Below are positions 60,381 through 64,000 of a stretch of 64,000 nucleotides of DNA, one piece after another. Origin of the DNA: an uncultured bacterium (GTDB lineage Bacteria > Chloroflexota > Anaerolineae > Caldilineales > Caldilineaceae); the NCBI GenBank assembly GCA_963752935.1, contig CAVWAL010000016.1, positions 8,549 to 72,548 of the forward strand. Reading direction: 5' to 3'. Numbering within the stretch: the stretch's first letter is position 1; each line of letters begins with the position of its first letter. Both the position numbers and the translations under genes were made by a program. Below the pieces are notes generated by a model, which saw only the letters and a program-made list of their open reading frames with translations, did not search any database and had not been told where the DNA came from.

Positions 60381-61793
60381 ATGATTCATGAGTCAGTCTA
60401 TGAGATCCGCCAGCACATCAAGGGGATCGTCGGCATTGACGGCGACCAGGTCGAGGTGCTGGACGATCAGAAGCTCCGCAATCAGGTAATTGATGTCCTG
60501 GCGCGCGATGCAGTGTTTGGGCCCCGCTCCGTTAAGTCCTTTAGCCGTTGGTTGATCTGGGAACTGGGACAGGCTCTCGGCGCCAAACCTGCCAGCATTC
60601 ACGACTACTACATGGCCCGTGCCCGCAACGAATGGTCCAACCGCACGGTACCGGCTATGAATATGCGTTTTACCACCTACGACGCCGGTCGAGCCGCTTT
60701 CCGCGCCGCCCTCAAAGCGGACGCAGGCGCCTTCATCTTCGAGATTGCACGCAGTGAGATGGGCTACACCTATCAGGAGCCGTCGGAGTTCTCGGCGATG
60801 TTGATCGCTGCCGCCATCAAAGAAGGATTCACCGGCCCCATTTTCATTCAGGGCGATCACTTCCAGGTCAATGCCAAGAAGTTCGCCAAGGACCCCGAAG
60901 GTGCGATCAAAGAAGTCAAGGACCTGGCCGCCGTAGCGATCCCGGCAGGCTTCTGGAACATCGACATCGATACCAGCACGTTGGTCACATTGGAACCGAC
61001 GGCCCTGAGCGAACAGCAGTATCACAACTATGCTCGGTCGGCCGAGTTGACCAAGTACATCCGCGATCTCGAACCCAACGGCGTCACCATCAGCCTGGGC
61101 GGCGAGATCGGCGAAGTAGGCGAAAAGAATTCAACCGTCGATGAATTGGACGCCTACGTCGAAGGCTACAAGCGGATGCTGGATGAGATGGGTGACTACG
61201 CCGGCCTGAGCAAGATCAGTGTGCAGACAGGCACCAGCCATGGCGGCGTGCTGTTGCCAGATGGCACCCAGGCAGATGTCGCCGTCGACTTCGACACGCT
61301 GGAGAAGTTGGGTGAACGTGCCCGCCAGTTAGGCTCCGGTGGCGCAGTACAACACGGCGCCAGCACGCTGCCCGAAGTCCTCTTCGACAAGTTCCCCGCT
61401 GTGGAAACGCTAGAAATCCACCTGGCCACCGGCTTCATGAACGCCTTCCTGGATCACCCGGCCTTCCCCAAAGAGCTGTTGAAGGAAATCTACGCACACA
61501 TCGACGCCAATCATGCCGGTGAGCGAAAGCCTTCGCAGAGTGATATCGTCTTCCACCTGTTAACCCGCAAGAAGACCCTGGGACCGTTCAAGCCCGAACT
61601 GTGGGCATTGCCCGAATCGCTCAAGCAGGAGATTTATAGTGGTCTAGAAGAGCATTATGGCTTCTTCTATGACAAACTAAATGCTACCGGTTCGCGCGAC
61701 CTGGTGAACAAGATCGTGAAGCCGGTCGAGTATCATAAGCCAATGCCCAAGTTGGGCCGCGGCGCCGGTGACGACGAAGGTCTCGCCGACTAA
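60381..61793 (+). CDS. Class II (metal-dependent) fructose/ketose-bisphosphate aldolase family protein, long form
   Basis: [25 protein letters not shown] and VQTGTSHGG motifs. RBS AAGGAG. Confidence 0.75.
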   Translation: MIHESVYEIRQHIKGIVGIDGDQVEVLDDQKLRNQVIDVLARDAVFGPRSVKSFSRWLIWELGQALGAKPASIHDYYMARARNEWSNRTVPAMNMRFTTYDAGRAAFRAALKADAGAFIFEIARSEMGYTYQEPSEFSAMLIAAAIKEGFTGPIFIQGDHFQVNAKKFAKDPEGAIKEVKDLAAVAIPAGFWNIDIDTSTLVTLEPTALSEQQYHNYARSAELTKYIRDLEPNGVTISLGGEIGEVGEKNSTVDELDAYVEGYKRMLDEMGDYAGLSKISVQTGTSHGGVLLPDGTQADVAVDFDTLEKLGERARQLGSGGAVQHGASTLPEVLFDKFPAVETLEIHLATGFMNAFLDHPAFPKELLKEIYAHIDANHAGERKPSQSDIVFHLLTRKKTLGPFKPELWALPESLKQEIYSGLEEHYGFFYDKLNATGSRDLVNKIVKPVEYHKPMPKLGRGAGDDEGLAD

Positions 61794-61815
61794 TCAGCAG
61801 CCTCAGATGACAGTC

Positions 61816-61850
61816 AAAACCTGGCGGGTTTGAAAGCCCGCCAGGTTTTC
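61816..61850 (+). terminator. Rho-independent terminator after the aldolase gene
   Basis: AAACCTGGCGGG pairs with CCCGCCAGGTTT, followed by a T-run. Confidence 0.8.
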
Positions 61851-61876
61851 TATGTCTATTGCGAAGGACCACAGCC

Positions 61877-62569
61877 ATGATCCTGGCCCTGGATACAGCC
61901 ACCGCCACCGCTTCACTGGCGCTGTACGATCCCCGGAACCAAATGATCCTTGTTGAGCAGACCTGGCAGGCGCGGCGTCGCCAGACAGAGCAACTTCTGC
62001 CGGTCTTGCAGCAAGTGATGGATCAAGCAGATCTGCAGCCCGATGCCATTCGCACTGTGGCTGTGACCACCGGCCCCGGTAGCTTTACCGGCGTACGCAT
62101 CGCCATCAGCGTCGCCAAAGGGATCGCGCTGGGCGCGACGACCATGCCGACACTCGTCGGCGTACCTACGTTGAGCGTAACAGCAGCGCCGTGGATCGAA
62201 GCCGCCCATGCCGCAGGGGACGCCGAGATCTGGGCCTTCATTCAGGCCGGCCGTGGACGCTACAATTGGGCCGTCTTCGCGGCGGGCGACCTGACCTATC
62301 GGCCTGATGTGAGCGCGCACCGCATCGGCAATGTCGAACGCCTGGAAGCCGAACTGGCCGCGCTCAATCGTCCTGTGTGGTTGGTGGGCGAGACGACACA
62401 GGCAATTCAGCAGATGGCAGTCCGGCTCGATCATCTCTTGCTCATCGATGCCACCAGTGGACTACGCCGCGCCTCTGCCCTGGCCCGTCTGGCTGCGCTG
62501 CACGAGCAGGCGGGTCACGTTGAAAGTGTCGATAGCCTGCAGCCCCTATACCTTCGAGAACCCTCTTGA
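61877..62569 (+). CDS. tsaB: tRNA t6A37 biosynthesis protein TsaB
   Basis: MILALDTATATASLAL and GPGSFTGVRI motifs. Confidence 0.9.
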   Translation: MILALDTATATASLALYDPRNQMILVEQTWQARRRQTEQLLPVLQQVMDQADLQPDAIRTVAVTTGPGSFTGVRIAISVAKGIALGATTMPTLVGVPTLSVTAAPWIEAAHAAGDAEIWAFIQAGRGRYNWAVFAAGDLTYRPDVSAHRIGNVERLEAELAALNRPVWLVGETTQAIQQMAVRLDHLLLIDATSGLRRASALARLAALHEQAGHVESVDSLQPLYLREPS

Positions 62570-63120
62570 GCGAACCACATCTGCCACTCCAGTTTCGCCC
62601 CATGACGCTGTCGGACATTGACAATGTGATGCTGCTTGAGCATCAGTCTTTCGCCGATCCCTGGCCGCGTTCGCTCTATGTACGCGAAGTCAAAGAGGGA
62701 AGATACAGCCGCTACTATGTCGCAGAGACGGATACGCCCGACGTCGACCCGCCTATCCTGGTAGGTCAGGCTGGGTATTGGCTGCTCGGGGAGGAAGCCC
62801 ACATCGTCACCATTGCCGTGGATCCGCAGTGGCGCGGGCGCAGGGTAGGCAAGTGGCTGCTGCTAAAACTCCTGGCAGATGTACACGCTCACGGCGCTAC
62901 CCTGGTGACCCTCGAAGTGCGCCCCAGCAACACGGCGGCGTTAATGCTCTACAAAGACCTGGGCTTCGACAAGACTGGACAACGAAAACGCTACTACGCC
63001 AACGGCGAAGATGCACTTATTCTCGAACTGGCCAACCTGACTGAACCCCACGTCTGGCAGCCCCTCGCCCAACAGTTAACCATCCTCGACACGCGATTCG
63101 CCGGTACAGCTTCTGTTTAA
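62566..63120 (+). CDS. rimI: Ribosomal-protein-alanine N-acetyltransferase RimI (GNAT)
   Basis: 4-nt overlap with tsaB. The GNAT motif is VDPQWRGRRVGKWLL. Confidence 0.85.
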   Translation: MSEPHLPLQFRPMTLSDIDNVMLLEHQSFADPWPRSLYVREVKEGRYSRYYVAETDTPDVDPPILVGQAGYWLLGEEAHIVTIAVDPQWRGRRVGKWLLLKLLADVHAHGATLVTLEVRPSNTAALMLYKDLGFDKTGQRKRYYANGEDALILELANLTEPHVWQPLAQQLTILDTRFAGTASV

Positions 63121-63168
63121 CGCAAAGGCGTAGACGTGTAGCGAAACGAATTTCTACGCCTTTGCGTT
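63119..63168. terminator. 15-bp stem hairpin between convergent rimI and the dehydratase gene
   Basis: AACGCAAAGGCGTAG pairs with CTACGCCTTTGCGTT around a 20-nt loop. There is no clear T-run. Confidence 0.45.
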
Positions 63169-63182
63169 AAGGCTTCCCACCC

Positions 63183-64000
63183 TTACCAATCGATGGCTGC
63201 GCCGTCATCCGGATGATAGGATTCGCGGTTGCGCCAGTCATGCCCGATCTTGTCGGCCATGGCTTCTTCATCGAGTTCGATACCCAATCCTGGCGCTGTG
63301 GGTAGATCCACATAGCCCTCTTTGACAACGAACGGCTGTTTCAAATAGCCCTCGCCCAGGGACACCTGCTCCTGTGCCAAAAAGTTAGGGATGCTGGCGT
63401 CGAGTTGAATGCCCGCAGCCAGAGAGATCGGCCCCAGTGGACAGTGGGGAGCGACAGCGGCATAATAGCTCTCGGCCATGCCCGCGATCAGTCGTCCTTC
63501 GAAGATGCCGCCGGCGTGGGAAAGGTCCGGCTGCAAGATACTGGCTGCACCCTTCTCAAGCAGTTCGCGGAAGCCCCATTTTGTGAAGACGCGCTCACCG
63601 GTAGCAATGGGCAGATGTGTCTTCTTGGCGATATCGGCCAGCACATCCACATTCTGACACTGCACAGGCTCCTCGATGAACATGGGTTGGTAGGGTTCCA
63701 GCGCCTTGATCAGGATCATCGCCGTCTGTGGGCTGACCGCGCCGTGGAAGTCCATGGCGATATCCACATCGCGGCCGGCGGCCTGGCGCAGGGTGGCGAA
63801 GCGCTCCACGACTTTGTCCACAAAGCCAGGGGTCTCGACGATGCGGGCCGGCCGCGGGCCTCCTACACCGGTTTTGAAAGCGATGTATCCTTCAGCCACC
63901 TTGTTCTTAATGTCCTGGGTTTGTTCCTCAAGGGTGGCGCCCCGGATGTGGGCGTAGATCTTGATGCGGTCGCGCAAAGGTCCGCCCAGAAGTTTGTAGA
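63183..64000 (-). CDS. Enolase-superfamily D-galactonate dehydratase-like protein (C-terminal part; the gene continues beyond the window)
   Basis: MDFHG, MFIEEP, ATGER and DLSHAGG metal/catalytic motifs of the MR/MLE family. The frame is open to the window end. Confidence 0.8.
   Translation of the reverse strand, partial: YKLLGGPLRDRIKIYAHIRGATLEEQTQDIKNKVAEGYIAFKTGVGGPRPARIVETPGFVDKVVERFATLRQAAGRDVDIAMDFHGAVSPQTAMILIKALEPYQPMFIEEPVQCQNVDVLADIAKKTHLPIATGERVFTKWGFRELLEKGAASILQPDLSHAGGIFEGRLIAGMAESYYAAVAPHCPLGPISLAAGIQLDASIPNFLAQEQVSLGEGYLKQPFVVKEGYVDLPTAPGLGIELDEEAMADKIGHDWRNRESYHPDDGAAIDW

Overview
A 64 kb, GC-rich chromosomal segment. GC content was judged by eye, not computed. About 60 protein genes are densely packed and mostly housekeeping. 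Gene content and repeat style suggest a Chloroflexota-like bacterium: split transketolase, F420 genes, GTAGGG...CCCTAC palindromes and TGCTATAAT leaderless promoters. This taxonomic guess is inference only.

Gene order from left to right:
- Wzz-like gene (partial), a cohesin-like surface protein and a tandem-DsbA lipoprotein.
- A mannoside cluster: ROK kinase, PMI-like isomerase and GH38 alpha-mannosidase.
- A catalytically degenerate cyanophycinase homolog, a class III aminotransferase and a P450.
- An F420 cluster: cofC, frameshifted cofD, a stand-alone nitroreductase and an LLM oxidoreductase.
- A FAD/2Fe-2S fusion protein, NIPSNAP and a Gfo/Idh/MocA oxidoreductase.
- Split transketolase, two LiaF-like membrane proteins and a beta-lactamase-fold hydrolase.
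- guaA-xpt.
- A four-gene membrane operon: DUF2207, a TM/Zn-ribbon protein, a coiled-coil protein and an SPFH-HTH fusion.
- rsfS, ndk, a TPR protein, mce, the mcm large subunit, then recR-ybaB-dnaX.
- A full suf operon (sufR-CBD-rhodanese-SU-Rieske-sufT).
- yceD-rpmF-fabD-fabG-nusB-tatB-tatC, then nfo, a class II aldolase, tsaB-rimI and a partial dgoD-like gene.

I saw no rRNA, tRNA or CRISPR array.

The most unusual items:
1. A MITE-like element carries a 5-unit 76/77-nt double-hairpin tandem array at 59.7-60.1 kb. A one-unit sibling lies at 35.4 kb. Both sit in divergent promoter regions.
2. The DUF2207 / Zn-ribbon / coiled-coil / SPFH-excisionase-HTH operon.
3. A cyanophycinase paralog lacks the catalytic Ser.
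4. cofD has a 1-nt frameshift.
5. An xpt-guaA leader does not resemble the classical purine riboswitch.
6. An A6G slippery site in dnaX is followed by a -1 frame stop three codons later.
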